NCBI RefSeq assembly: GCF_006345805.1
Contig: NC_043004.1
Coordinates: 4,030,001-4,094,000, forward strand
Origin: Octopus sinensis
Taxonomy: Eukaryota
Direction: 5' to 3'
DNA: 64,000 nucleotides
The translations under genes and the position numbers were made by a program. A model generated the notes under the pieces. The model did not search any database and was not told the origin of the DNA. It was given only the letters and a program-made list of their open reading frames with translations. Positions 12,178 through 25,039 of the stretch are shown one piece after another. Numbering within the stretch: the first letter of the stretch is position 1; each line of letters opens with the position of its first letter.

Positions 12178-15100
12178 TCAAATAGAAAGACGTGGCTTAT
12201 GTCTCAGCTGTCTTGCTTTTGACAAGTTTTTGAAATTTGCCCTGTTTTTATATGGAGTTCATGGCTCAAATTAATATATCTTTTGAATAGGATTTGATTG
12301 GTAGAGGATAGTCACATGGCTGGCCTTAGAATTTTTTGTAGGTTCCCCGCTACGCCCGTGTGTTAGTCTCAAGTGACAATGTTTGGCGTCGTAAGTTAAG
12401 GCTGACACGGTTGACTGAAGAAGTCCAAACAATCAATTCTCTGAATGTTTTCTGTCAAGTGTTTGGAGAGAATGAACAGATAATTAAGTGTATAACCTTT
12501 AGTATACTTGCCGCTACGTCCGTGCATTAGTGTCACATGACAATATATTTTGCGACTAAAAAGAAGGTCGACACGGTTAAGTAAACGTGTCTAGTTATAA
12601 TCAAGGCACTCCAAATTTAATCTGTCAGGTGGGAGAGTGGACAATTGTTTGTATGTAGTCCAGTGGCTAAAATTTAGGTTGTTAGCTGTGTATCTTCCTC
12701 ATGATTAGTGGCAGAATGACTTTTGTGTGTGAATAAGTATTTATGTGTGTACTCTATTAAAGTTTGTTAAGCCTTAGTTTGTATTTTTGTATGAAAGTAT
12801 TTTCTGTGTTTATCCATGCTTCATCTATGGTATTCGCTGAACATAGGTAGAGTGGGAAGATCTGGAATTTGGGAGACTTATTATTTACTTATATATGTCT
12901 GTGACCATTCAGTGGAATCTGTCTAGTATTGGGTTCTCGTATCTGTTGTCAGTGATTGGTAAATCTATTTCTTAGAGTAAGCTTTGTTTGTCCTATGTAA
13001 TCTTCATTACATCCTTGACATTTGATAGCATAAATTAAATTCCTTGAAGAATATGTAAAGTGATTTTTACGGTAAAATTCTGTCCTGATTTGAATTTGTA
13101 TGTTGTGTCTTCAATAAGGTTGATGCAGGTCCCGCAATTGGGGCAGCCACATTTTTTTATTGTTGGTATAGGAATCGTGGAAGGTAATTTTGCACTTGTG
13201 AGGAATTTTTTGAGGGACTTTGATTGTCTTTTACTTTTGATGATTTTGTATATTTCAAATACCTCTTTCATTTTGGGGTCTTGTTTTAGTAGTGGGATAT
13301 TCTGATGGATAATATTGTAAACCTCTGTATTTCCTGAGTTGTGCGTTATAATAAAGGCTAGATTATCGCTTTTCGTAGTTCTTCGATATTTATTGCTTTG
13401 GCACTTTCTATTCCATTGTCTATTAGCATTAATGGATATTTTCTTTTAAGTAGTACTTGTTTTAGTTCTTGGAGTCTTTTATTGCGTGTTTCAGGGTTTG
13501 AGACAATTGTGCAGCTTCTTCTTGCTAGGTTAAAAAGGGGATATTATTCTTCGTGTGTTTGGGATGGCATGAGGAGAATAATAAGTATTGTTTGGTATCT
13601 GTTTGTTTGTAGTGAATATCTGTTTCAATGATTTTACCTCTTTTGATTATTAGTATATCAAGGAATAGTAGTTGAGTTTTACTGTATACTATGGTAAAGT
13701 TAATATTATTGTTTATGCAGTTGATTACATTTCTGAAATCTATAAGTTGTTCAAATATGTTCGTCCATAGGATAAGGCAGTCGTCTAAGTAACGTTTCCA
13801 GTTTTCTAGTAGATATTTGTGGAAGTTCAAGTCATATATTAAATAAATTGTTCATATATCTGGACCCCCATGTAAGCCATGACTAGATTGGCGAAAGTCA
13901 GAGCAACTTTTGTCACCATCGCAGTGGCAGATATTTGTTTGTAAATACTGCCAATGGAGTCAAAAAAGTTGTTTTCCGTGATAAACTTTAATCCTTCAGT
14001 GATGAAACTCTTTTCAATTATGTCCAGAATTTCATGAAGGAATTTTTCAAACCAGAAATTTATTGCCTCTAGTCCATATTGGTGTGGGATTGTGGTATAT
14101 AGGTTTACTACATGAAAAGATACAATAGTGGTATCATTGTTTATGGATTTGGGGAGGTGGTTTAACAGGTCTAGGTCATCCCTCACAAGACTTGGTATGT
14201 ATTTAAAAATAGGTTTCAGTAATATATCTAAAAAAATTGCTCAGCCTGTGTGTTTCACAGTTCGGGCCTGCTACGACTGGTCTAAATTTAAGGTCGGAGG
14301 GATATTGTATGTTTATGCAACTTGAAGTTGGTTCTTTACATACAACCTTAATAGTTTGATTCTCATGGATTTGGAGGGAGACCGTGGAAGTAGCTCGTCT
14401 TGCAATCAAAATGGGTTAAGTAGTCACATTCATTGTTTGTTAAACCTTTTTGATGTCTGTCAATGAGTATGTGTTCAGTTTGGTCATTGTCTTTGATTTT
14501 TGGTAATCATTTACCATTTCAGTTGTGGGTCATATCTTGTAATATATATGGTATATCTCTTTCGTAGTGTTAAATATCCATATAACTATTGCACTTCCAT
14601 TATCTGCTTCCTTAATTATAATGTCGTTATTGTTTTTCAGTTCATGTATAATATCCCATTCGTTTCAACTTGATTTGGCTTGATCTTAGGGTGAGGAAGT
14701 TCTATATAAGGTAAGGTAGAAATAAAATCACAAAATTTATCTAAAGCTTTATTCTTACCTTTCGTAATTGCTCTTGTTTCTTACAAATGAATCGTCCTTG
14801 ATCTCTTTATTTAGAATGCATCTGTTAGGCGTTCTGTATTTCACTGGAGTTAGGGCACTGCGGTGTTGGAGTAAATTTTAGGCCTTTTGACAAGATATTA
14901 ATTTCTTCTGCTGACAAAGTTTTTTTTCGATAGGTTAATTTTCTTCGGTTTCTCATCTTCGGTTTGTGTCATCTTGTTTCGAGAACTCTGTCGGTTGGAT
15001 CTAAAACATGATTTTTCAAGGTTTTCCTTTCATTATTATTTATATATCTGAGAACATTTTCTGTATTAACTTGTATCGATTTTGTATCGACTTTGCAGGA

Positions 15101-15972
15101 ATTAGTTCGCGATAGAGTACTTGTTCTTGAAATGAGCTTCATAATTGGAGAACCAAAGAGAACTTTTTTCTCACCGTTGAAGAGATGTTAATTCTTCATG
15201 TTCACATTTTTTCTCCAAAATTTAATATTGCTTTCTAGGTCTTCGGTTGTTTTTGAAACTTTTGTTTTCATTTGTGCATCAATCATTTTAAATTTATCTT
15301 CATTGCAATTTGCTCTTAGCCGTAATAGCTGGGTTTCCATTCAGAATTTGTCGAGAACCCTCTTTTCACTAAGTTTTTGTTGTTTTTCAGATTCATTAGC
15401 GATAGATTTCGTTTGTGGTTTAATTGGGAGGATGATCGATGTTGAATTGAGCCATTTTTCACATATTTCCGCTTTGCCATTATTTTTAATTAAGCTCCAA
15501 AAGGCAAATTTACGAGCTGTGAGGTTTTGATTCCATATATGCTTAACAGTGTTTTCAATTGCAGAGCTTTCTCGTTGCCGGTTGATGTTATCTTCTCGTT
15601 CAGTTTTCGGATTTTGTTCCAGCTTCTGGAGCATCATTGTTTCTGTAGTTTTACGTAACTGGTTGAGAGTTTGGAAAACTGCTGTTTCTTCCATTTTTCT
15701 TCTTTATTCTAGTGTTTCCTTAGTATAGGCCTGTATCTCGCCGATTTTATCGAATAAGGCTGTGGGCTTGGAGATCTCTTTCAGTTCTTTTAGTATCTCT
15801 AAGTCCAACGTGTCTTCGCTTTGGTCGGAATTTTGTGGCATTTTCGTTCCTCGTGTGGTGAGTATACATAGAAAACAAAGTTATTTTATTCCACACGGGT
15901 AGAAATATCGGGAAAATAGGAATTGAGAATGCACTGAGAATAGTTAAAATATTTGTTAGTAATATATTTCAA

Positions 15973-16013
15973 GCTTTAACCGGTTTCACAGTTTACACTG
16001 ATTTTCAAAAATT
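15973..16013 (-). ncRNA. Variant HHR-like motif (U3-A8 core) in PLE-1 5' terminal repeat
   Basis: TTT-TTGAAAA-T CAGT GTAA ACTG T-GAAAC-CG-GT-T-AAA; GNRA loop, palindromic ACCGGT. Confidence 0.5.
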
Positions 16014-16038
16014 GTATGTATGTATGTATGTATGTATA

Positions 16039-16428
16039 CTCTTTTACTCTTTTACTTGTTTCAGTCATTTGACTGCGGCCATGCTGGAGCACCGCCTTTA
16101 GTCGAGCAAATCGGCCCCAGGACTTATTCTTTGTAAGCCCAGTACTTATTCTATCGGTCTCTTTTGCCGAACCGCTAAGTGACGGGGACGTAAATACACC
16201 AGCATCGGTTGTCAAGCAATGCTAGGGGGACAAACACAGACACACAAACATACACATACACATATATATATACATACATATATACGACGGGCTTCTTTCA
16301 GTTTCCGTCTACCAAATCCACTCACAAGGCTTTGGTTGGCCCGAGGCTATAGTAGAAGACACTTGCCCAAGATGCCACGCAGTGGGACTGAACCCGGAAC
16401 CATGTGGTTGGTAAGCAAGCTACTTACC
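16039..16428 (-). mobile_element. tRNA-derived SINE (family B)
   Basis: Matches 9591-9998 and 46421-46710. Confidence 0.85.
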
Positions 16429-16431
16429 CGC

Positions 16432-17040
16432 ATATACTTGCATATCTAGACATGTTCATATATATTTAAATGATAAGCTTCTGGAAGGTAGTTCTCCGGC
16501 TATTCGTCCATGATAAACTGCTTTGGTGATCGATGTTACTATCATCACGGAGCTTTCTACTTACATATCCATGCATAGTCTTCTGCTCATATAGGCTCAT
16601 CCTTTCATCTGATGATACGTTGCGGTAGAGTCGTGCGACTTCTTTGGGCATGTATTCTAGGTTATCAGACAAAGAGTGTTGCTCAAGGAGCTGCCTTCCA
16701 AATCTTATGATGTTATCAGGGATGCACTTCGATACTTCGTGGTTTGAAGATGTTGCCGAAGGGATATGATGCGACATTCAAAGGAATTTTGGATCGATGT
16801 TAAGTCTCTGCCGCATTGTTTTCGTTTTAGGTAGAGACGGTCGACGTCACTGTTTATGTGGAAATTATGTGTGCTTGTTAGTAATTTTCGGATTTTCACA
16901 TCAAAGGATCGGATTTCATCCAATCAAAGAACCTAAATGTTGGTATAAGTACTGGCACTGTAAACACATTGTGGACCATTGTTTTATTGAATCCAGAGAG
17001 TTCTGAGAACTAAATTTTCCTTATCCGGCTGTAATATCCT
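16432..17040 (-). mobile_element. R4/Dong-like LINE 3' fragment, internally deleted
   Basis: EIRSFDVKIRKLLTSTHNFHINSDVDRLYLKRKQCGRDL (post-RT motif of RLE-type LINEs); 3' end shared with the copy at 42093. Confidence 0.75.
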
Positions 17041-17120
17041 TTAGTGACATGTATGTGTTTATGTATGTATGTATGTATGTATGTATGTATCTATCTATCT
17101 ATCTATCTATCCATCTATCA

Positions 17121-17154
<34 letters not shown>

Positions 17155-17182
17155 GGATCTATGCATGTATCTATGTATGTAT

Positions 17183-17600
17183 GGGCCAGTGCATTCCATT
17201 TTAATGATAGATTTGTGCATGCGGAGAGCGTCAACGAAATTCGGCCCCGAGGTGCTGACGGTGCAACAGGGGCGCAACTCTACATGGAAACCGCTCAGGA
17301 CATGCTGGACTGTGCAAACCACAATCCAAGTTTCATGAAGACCTTCATCACTGGTGATGAAACATGAGTTTATGGTCTCTGCTCAATGTGTTCTGTCATC
17401 TTGTGCGAACCCGATAATCCGACGAGCGCGCACTATACGTCTGTACTCTAGGCGTAACACCCGGATGCTGACGCAGTCAACCGGCGCTGAAATTTTCATG
17501 CATGCTCAGAAAGGATGGTGTCCCCTTCCAACCGAAGAATTTTGCCCACGCAGCATTAGTTTTTACTAGAAAAAATGAAATCGGACACTTTTTGAACACA
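17183..17600 (+). mobile_element. Mariner transposon remnant (internally deleted)
   Basis: RRASTKFGPEVLTVQQ / AQDMLDCANHNPSFMKTFITGDET*VYG (first catalytic D region); 3' end GGACACTTTTTGAACAC is TIR-like. Confidence 0.75.
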
Positions 17601-17790
17601 AGGCGGTAAGCTGGCAGAATCGTTAGCATGCCGGATAAAATATTTGGCAGCATTTCATCCGTCTTTACGTTCTGAGTTCAAATTCTGTCGAGGTCGACTT
17701 TGTCTTTCATTTTTTCGGGGTCGATGAAATAAGAACCCATTGAGCAATGGCGTCGATGTAATTTCAGGCCTTGCGCCTGTAGTAGAAGGG
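17601..17790 (+). mobile_element. tRNA-derived SINE (family A)
   Basis: AAGCTGGCAGAATCGTTAGC..GAGTTCAAATTC..GAGGTCGACTTTG. Confidence 0.8.
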
Positions 17791-17813
17791 ATATCTATAT
17801 ATCTATCTCTCTT

Positions 17814-17847
<34 letters not shown>

Positions 17848-18119
17848 AATGATCGAAATACGAGGGTAGAAAAAACAGCCAACAACTGATGAAGGGTCGT
17901 TGTTTATCTTGTTTCTTTTGTTTCCCATTTGTGTCTTTCGTTGTTCGAAAAAATAGTTCATGTTCCATGTACTCCTAGTTCGTATTTTTTGTTGTTTTGT
18001 TGTACACGTTTCATGACGTCCTGTACCCACGTATGCATATATATATATATATATATATACGTATAGATGTAAATATGTACATAAACGTATGTAAATATGC
18101 ATATATATCTATATATATA

Positions 18120-18165
<46 letters not shown>

Positions 18166-18480
18166 TATATATTCATATATTTATGTGTGTGTATGTATGT
18201 GTGCGCATGTGTGTATATATTTGTATTTGCATAGAACATACAAACATCCTTATGTTTGTATATAACGTTTTATTATTCTTTATATAAATAGAAAAATAGA
18301 AGATATCAAGAAGTATTGATCCTCCTATTGATTTCTCCTTAAAGTCACAAAAGAAAAGATCAACAGAATTGATCTGACTTCATCTGTACAAAACACTTCA
18401 CTTCATTTAATGACTGGCAGTGAATGACTGCCTTGCTGTCTCTATGTTGGCCTCTAACGTGTGTGTCTATAATATGTATG

Positions 18481-18706
18481 TGGCGAGCTGGCAGAATCGT
18501 TAGCACGCCGGGCGAAATGCTTACCGGTATTTCGTCTGCCACTACATTCTGAGTTCAAACTCTGCCGAGGTCGACTTTGCCTTTCATCCTTTCGGGGGCG
18601 ATAAAAAAGTACCAGTTACGCACTGAGGGCGATGTAATCGACTTAATCCCTTTGTCTGTCGTTGTTTGTCCCCTCTATTTTTAGCCCCTTGTGGGCAGTA
18701 AAGAAA
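18481..18706 (+). mobile_element. tRNA-derived SINE (family A), full length
   Basis: Matches 10773-11003 and 26103-26335. Confidence 0.9.
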
Positions 18707-19124
18707 TATATATGTATGTGGGTGTGTATACGTGCATGTGTGTGGCTATATATGCATGCATTTACGACCCATGCAAATGCAAAGTTTTGGCGTCATGGTT
18801 CATCCCTCAGCTAACTTTCATCCTGCAAATCTATCATCAAAGACACTCCAGCCGTGACCGTTCCGTCTTTTTAGAATTAAGTGCGACTACATTATATCAC
18901 GTTTCATTTCCTTAATAATTGTGATACTAACGTTATATGAGGGTATTTCAACTATTATTTTTGCATGTTGAAGGAGCATGTGGACGTTCCTTCATTGCTT
19001 CGTGTGTGTGTGTGTGAGCTTAGATTTGGATGTTTGTCATTAATTTTTAGATAATTCTGGTAAAGCTTTACCTTATACATTCAGCAGTGTTTTTATGTTC
19101 GTAGTTAAATGCTGTGACACATTT

Positions 19125-20590
19125 GACGAAACAATCATCATCTCGTCTTGGGATGTCCTGTGCTGACACCAAATGAATGCAAAAATCGCCACAATAGGGT
19201 AGGACATTATTTACACTGAAAATATGCAAACACTACAAAATCAGCACTCCTGAGCCAGTCGTTGAAGGTAAAAATGTCACTATCCACTGGGATAAACAAA
19301 GGAGATGGTATACAACATCCTACCATGAAGGAAAAAAATAAGAAAGGAATATTACAGGAGAATAAGATTCATACTAAAAACTGAGCTGAACTCCAAAAAT
19401 CGCATCGATACCATTAACACCCTGGCACTTCCAGTAGTCCAATATAGTTTTAACATCATTAAATGGAATCTTACAGAGCTCCAACTTCTAAGAATATGCA
19501 CCACCCAAAAACAGATGTTGTCCGTCTGTACCTATCTAGAAGTAATAGGGGAAAAAGAATGATGCAGGTAAAACTATGCTATAAGGCCTCCACAATAGCA
19601 ATGAACAGTTACTTATCCAGTACAGAAGACTGGACGCCGCGACTTGTGTGCAAACACGAAAGCAGCAAAATGTCACATTCTATTATCAAGGAAGCTTGAA
19701 AATTCGTAAGGGAACTTGGCATTAATCCTAAAATAGTTGAAGAACATGAAATCACTTCCACAAGACAAGCAAAATGGATCAAGAAGACTGCAAAAAGAAC
19801 GGACAAAAACAATCTGAGGAGTGATGAAGCCAGAAGCATGGACAGGATATATTCGAAGTCGAAATGCTGATGTAGATCATGCAACAACCCATCAGTGGTT
19901 GAGAAATTGAGGACTGATAGCAGAGACTAAAGGTTTCATATTGGCGGCACAAGATCAAGCTTGCTCACAAATACCACCGGGCTAACGTTCTTCAGAATGG
20001 TTCTGACTCTAAATGCAGATTCTGCGATACATTTAATGAAGCAATAGACCATCACGTCTCGGGATGTCCTGTGCTGACACCAAAAGAAATGTACTATCCT
20101 CTGAGATTTTTCAGTCAACACTGACAGAATGATCCAGGCTAATCGACCAGACATAATTATTAAAGACAGGGAAGAAAATACTTGTCAACTAATTTATGAA
20201 AGTGTTCCCACTGATAAAAATATATCTGTCAAGGAATTTGACAGCAAATATAAGGACCTGGAAATTGAAATACAAAAGATGTGACATCTTAAAACGGGAA
20301 CTGTTCCTGGTATTGTAGGTGCTCTAGGTACGATAAAAAAAATGATATCAGAAACATCTAGATAAGATCCCAAGAGAACAATCTCTCAGAGAAATCCAAA
20401 AGATAGTACTGCCAAATACTGCCCACACCCTTATCCATTTAAATGTATGTGTTGTATTATATGAAAATATTTCACTACTTCCCCTCCCCAAGCTTTCAGT
20501 CATACTGTAACATTTCTTATCCTTCACTCGTCCCAGGACACAGGGTATGTCTCGGAAAATGACTGTAACATGTAGATTAAAAGTGAAAAT
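19125..20590 (+). mobile_element. R4/Dong-like LINE 3' part (RT thumb, CCHC knuckle, restriction-like endonuclease), decayed
   Basis: KTELNSKNRIDTINTLALPVVQYSFNIIKW; HHPKTDVVRLYLSR; KCRFCDTFNEAIDHHVSGCP; NRPDIIIKD; GIVGALG; followed by (TAA)n. Confidence 0.85.
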
Positions 20591-20654
20591 AATAATAATA
20601 ATAATAATAATATAATAATAATAATAGTAGTAGTAGTAGTATAGTAGTAGTAGT

Positions 20655-20686
<32 letters not shown>

Positions 20687-20753
20687 TGGCAGCAGCAGTA
20701 GTAGCAGTAGTAGAGGTGGTAGTAGTAGTAGTAGCAGCAGTAGTAGTAGTAGC

Positions 20754-20803
<50 letters not shown>

Positions 20804-20807
20804 CAGC

Positions 20808-20880
<73 letters not shown>
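20590..20880. repeat. (TAA)n/(TAG)n/(CAG)n microsatellite
   Basis: Direct reading; source of the poly-T/V/L ORFs. Confidence 0.95.
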
Positions 20881-21375
20881 AATCTAAAAAGTGGTACGAA
20901 CATAAACCCGAAGTTATCATCGAAAATGATAATGCAACGATCCTGTGGGATTTTATGATTCAGTGCGACCATGAGATAGAGAATAGGAAATTAGACATAG
21001 TCTTAATTGAAAAAGAAAGCAAACGATGCTGGATCATAGATATAGCAGGGCCAGCTGACAACAGGGTATGTGATAATGAAGAAAGAAAAGTCGATAGATC
21101 TGAAAGGTTAGCTTGGGAGGTTAAGCTGTTGTGGTCGATGAAAAAGGTGGTAGTAGTACCAATAATTGTCGGAGCCCTGGGAACAGTGAGTAAAAATCTT
21201 GAAAGTACATGGAACAAATAGGGGCTGCAATAAGGGTGGAGCATTTACAGAAAACAGCACTGCTTGGAACCACTCGAATACTCCAAAAGGTGCTCGAAAA
21301 ATAAGGGGTGTTACTGGTAGTGAACAGCTGACACCGTAATACATCACCGGCGTTGGAAGCTTTGCAAAGACAATA
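20881..21375 (+). mobile_element. R4/Dong-like LINE 3' end (restriction-like endonuclease), second lineage
   Basis: KPEVIIENDNATILWDFMIQCDHEIENRKLDIVLIEK..IIDIAGP..VVVPIIVGALGTV; followed by (AAC)n(AAT)n. Confidence 0.85.
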
Positions 21376-21398
21376 AATAACAACAACAACAACAACAA

Positions 21399-21498
<100 letters not shown>

Positions 21499-23174
21499 GC
21501 AATAATTGTTTCTAATTTACACACAGACACAAAAACTGTGGCATTTGATAAGTGCTTTAGTATATGAAAGGTAAGGAGGGATGAAAGGCAGGATTTGAAC
21601 TCAGAGACTGAAGAGACGCAATCAAATAACGAAAGGCATTCTATGTGATGTTGGAACTTTTCTGCCAAATTTTAATTTTATGTACAAGACATGTTTTGGA
21701 GGGGAAGAGGTAGATTAAACAGAGCTCATTTGTGAACTGGTAATTTGTACTAAGTAGAGGAAGTGGTTAGAGATGTAGGCAGAGACAGACTACAGTTGAC
21801 GTATATAAGACGAGAAAGTTGTGCTGGGGAAAAACGAAGACGACAAGCTTATACTAGCAGTATGGAAGACCAATAGTGAACACACATAAAACAGGACGTG
21901 AAATCAAATAAAAGAAAGAAAGAAAAGGATTATGATGTAGTTGTATGGGCAGTTTTTCAGAGACACAGGAGACATAATAGTTAATGGAGTGTTAAAGATG
22001 GAAACGTAAAAGCTTATCATTGCTACACATGAAGAAGCAATTATAATAAACCTTCATAAGAAGGAGAAATGAGTGAAGTCAATAAGATTGTAAATGGCGG
22101 ATGTGTGGTAAGGTGTGTGAAATTGTCAACTATGCTAACGTGTGAATGTAGCTTGATGTCACAGAAAGAAAAAGAAGACAAGAAAGATAATAGAACATTC
22201 TAAACTGGGATGTTTGAATATGATATAGGTTATTAAATGGTAGAAAATGGTAACAACAGCAGTCGGAAAGTATTACAGAGAATAACTATTCTAAAACAAT
22301 AGATGCTCGAAAAATATTAACATTCCTCTCTAAAATATGGACAATATAATATTTTTATTTTTTAGTTCTTTGGTTTCTTTTAGCCATTAAAGGCTAATGC
22401 CTTGCTGGAGCACCACCTAAGAGAGCTATAGAAACCAAATATTTACTAATATATTTTCCCTAATATTGGGAACAGTTGTGTATTGCTCATTGTCAATAGA
22501 TTCGTTTATATTCCTTTATATTATTATTGATTTTAGATTTGACTTCCTTTTACCTGAAACTACACAATGAAAATAATATTTTTATGAGTCTCTTAAATAA
22601 AAAAAAAACAGCTAATGGGTACACTGGGCCGTCTACATGGACTTGTGGGCGGACAGAAATAACCAATGTTGTTTTCTCGTGTGATGTAATACAAGACGAA
22701 AGCAGGGTCAAATTCCCTTCTACGAAAAACAAGGAGAAACTGAAAAAAAAAATGATTGAATTTAGTCAATAAGGAAAGGAAATTTCTGAATCAAAGGAGT
22801 TAAAAAAACAAGTAACATAGATTAAAAGAGAATTCAAATTCAAGTTAAACCCATGGCAGAGGAGTAGCTGAAATAAACATCCATTACGTTGTAAGGATCT
22901 TTCCTATATTCTTCAGCACTTGAGATTTTTTTCCGCTAAATTTCAAACTATGAACAGTTTCAAATAACTTCGCTCTACATGCTAGAAATAACATCATCCA
23001 AATCTCTTTCTATTCACACACTAATGTCTTTAAAATAGGAAGGACACATTAGATGATGTAGGTCTAGATATATTATGCCTAAATGAAAGACGAAATAAGC
23101 ACAGCTTCAGCACCTTTCTTCGTAGGTTTCCTTAATTCAATCTGACGTGGAGCTAAACAGCAACAGTTATGATA

Positions 23175-23384
23175 CTCCTGCCTACTATAAGTCATTTCGC
23201 AGTGGGGGAGGGCTAAGTAGATTACATGGACTCCAGTGCTCAACTGGTACTTTATTTGATCGATCCCCAAAGGATGAAAGGCAAGATCAACCTCTGCGGA
23301 ATTTGAACTCAAAACGTGTAGACGAACGAAATCCTGCGCTGCGCATTTTGCACAACGTGCTTACGATTCTGTCAGGTATCTGCT
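23175..23384 (-). mobile_element. Diverged family A SINE
   Basis: AGGATGAAAGGCAAGATCAACC..GGAATTTGAACTC. Confidence 0.65.
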
Positions 23385-23422
23385 TTAATAATAATAATAA
23401 CAATAATAATAATAATAATAAT

Positions 23423-23478
<56 letters not shown>

Positions 23479-23480
<2 letters not shown>

Positions 23481-23957
23481 TCTTAGTATAAAAGATGGGC
23501 TACAGCAAATATTCTGCTCAATATCACAGATTTGCTTGTCAGTTGTTTGACCTTAACCAGTTGACCATGTCCCTTAGTGGCTGACGATATGTGAATCTCT
23601 GATCACGAGCAGAAGTAGTGGGGGAGCATCATAGCCATGTGTTGAGAGGAATTCTTTGGGGTTTGAATAATTCATCTCTGAAAACATGGATGGTTCGTTC
23701 AACATCATTAAACCACCCTTATTCAGGGACACTTTGAGCGGGATGGGCTACTCGACCAGAAGAAAATTCTAACTGGGCCCCACCTGCAAGGTCATGTGCT
23801 GTTTATCTTGATATGGGACCACTATATTACGCACACACGGTTGTGATGCATGTGTCTGGTGTACCCTTATCAGACGGGTAGTCATGATGGGTATACTGGG
23901 CGTCGTATATTTTACCCCAGTGTCACTTTGATGACATGCATTGCTCTCCCACTCTAA
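23479..23957. repeat. ~480-bp non-coding interspersed repeat embedded in (TAA)n
   Basis: Near-identical to about 40200-40665; (AAT)n on both sides. Confidence 0.85.
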
Positions 23958-23967
23958 AATAATAATA

Positions 23968-24002
<35 letters not shown>

Positions 24003-24179
24003 ATTTGAAGGAGATTGGAATAGAATGTCCTACAGAGCTTCAACTGAAAGTTTGCTTCTTGGGAACAGGGAAGATTATCAGGAGATTTCTGAAAGCTTCT
24101 TGATACCAATGGTTAGAGGTAGTAACCCGCTACCCTCATAAACTCTACCGGGAATAAGTACGAACTCGAGTCAAATCAA

Positions 24180-24620
24180 TAATATTAATAATCGACCAGA
24201 CATAATTATTTAAGACGGGGAAGCAAATACTTGTAAACTGGTAGATGTGAGTGTCCCACGGATAAGAACGTACCTGTCAAGGAATTTGACAAGGTTAGTA
24301 AATACAAGGACCAAGAAATTGAAATACAAAAGAGGTGGCATTTTAAAGCAAAAATTGGTCCTTATTATCGCAAATGCTCTGGGCATGGTAAAAAAGGGAA
24401 TGTCGAAAAACATCTAGATCCCAGGAGAACCATATCTCACAGAACTTCAAAAGAATGTGTTTACAAGTACCGTTCACATCCTTAGAAAAACCCTATCAAT
24501 TTAAAAGTTTGTGCTATGTCGTATTATATGATAGTATTTCTGAATCCCCCCACCCGCCACTTTCTCTCCCCAAAACTTCAGTTATAACTAAGCATCTCTT
24601 AACCTTCATTTGCCCCATGG
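24180..24620 (+). mobile_element. R4/Dong-like LINE 3' fragment
   Basis: AATCGACCAGACATAATTATT (NRPDII) and downstream sequence similar to 20140-20560. Confidence 0.65.
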
Positions 24621-25039
24621 CACTAGATATGACTCAGCAAGTGATTGCATCAGATACATTGATTAAAAGAAAAATGATAGTAATAATAACTGTTTTTAAT
24701 TTAGACCAAGTTCAGCAGTTTTGAAGAAAGGGGTTAATATCAACCCCAATATTTCACTGGTACTATATGTTATCGATCCCAGAGGAATCAAATGCAAAGT
24801 TGACCCTGCCGGGATTGAAACCCGGAACGTAAAGAGCTATAACAAAATATCACAAGATATTTTGTTCAACACACAGATGACTCTGTCAATCCACTTATAG
24901 TGATGATGATGATGATGATGATGACGACGACGACGACGGCGACGACGACGATGATGATGATGATGATGATTGTAGTGGTGGTGGTGGTGGTGATAAGTGG
25001 CGTAAAACTGAAAAAGAGAAAGGTGAATACTCATAAAAA

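Larger units (their letters stand above)
12069..16014 (-). mobile_element. Near full-length, decayed Penelope-like retroelement (RT + Zn motif + GIY-YIG), PLE-1
   Basis: Minus-strand ORF pieces: N-term (ATG at ~15841; 15341-15694), DLKFRPVVAGPNCETHRLS (14203-14409), VNLYTTIPH (13839-14186), WKRYLDDC..YKQTDTKQYLLFSSCHP (13525-13830), KKCGCPNCGTC (13035-13271); ~110-bp direct terminal repeats 12069-12180 / 15905-16014; several stops and frameshifts. Confidence 0.9.

Noticed and set aside
21700-22250. Possible CR1/L2 RT remnant on the minus strand
   Set aside because: Too decayed to show a diagnostic motif
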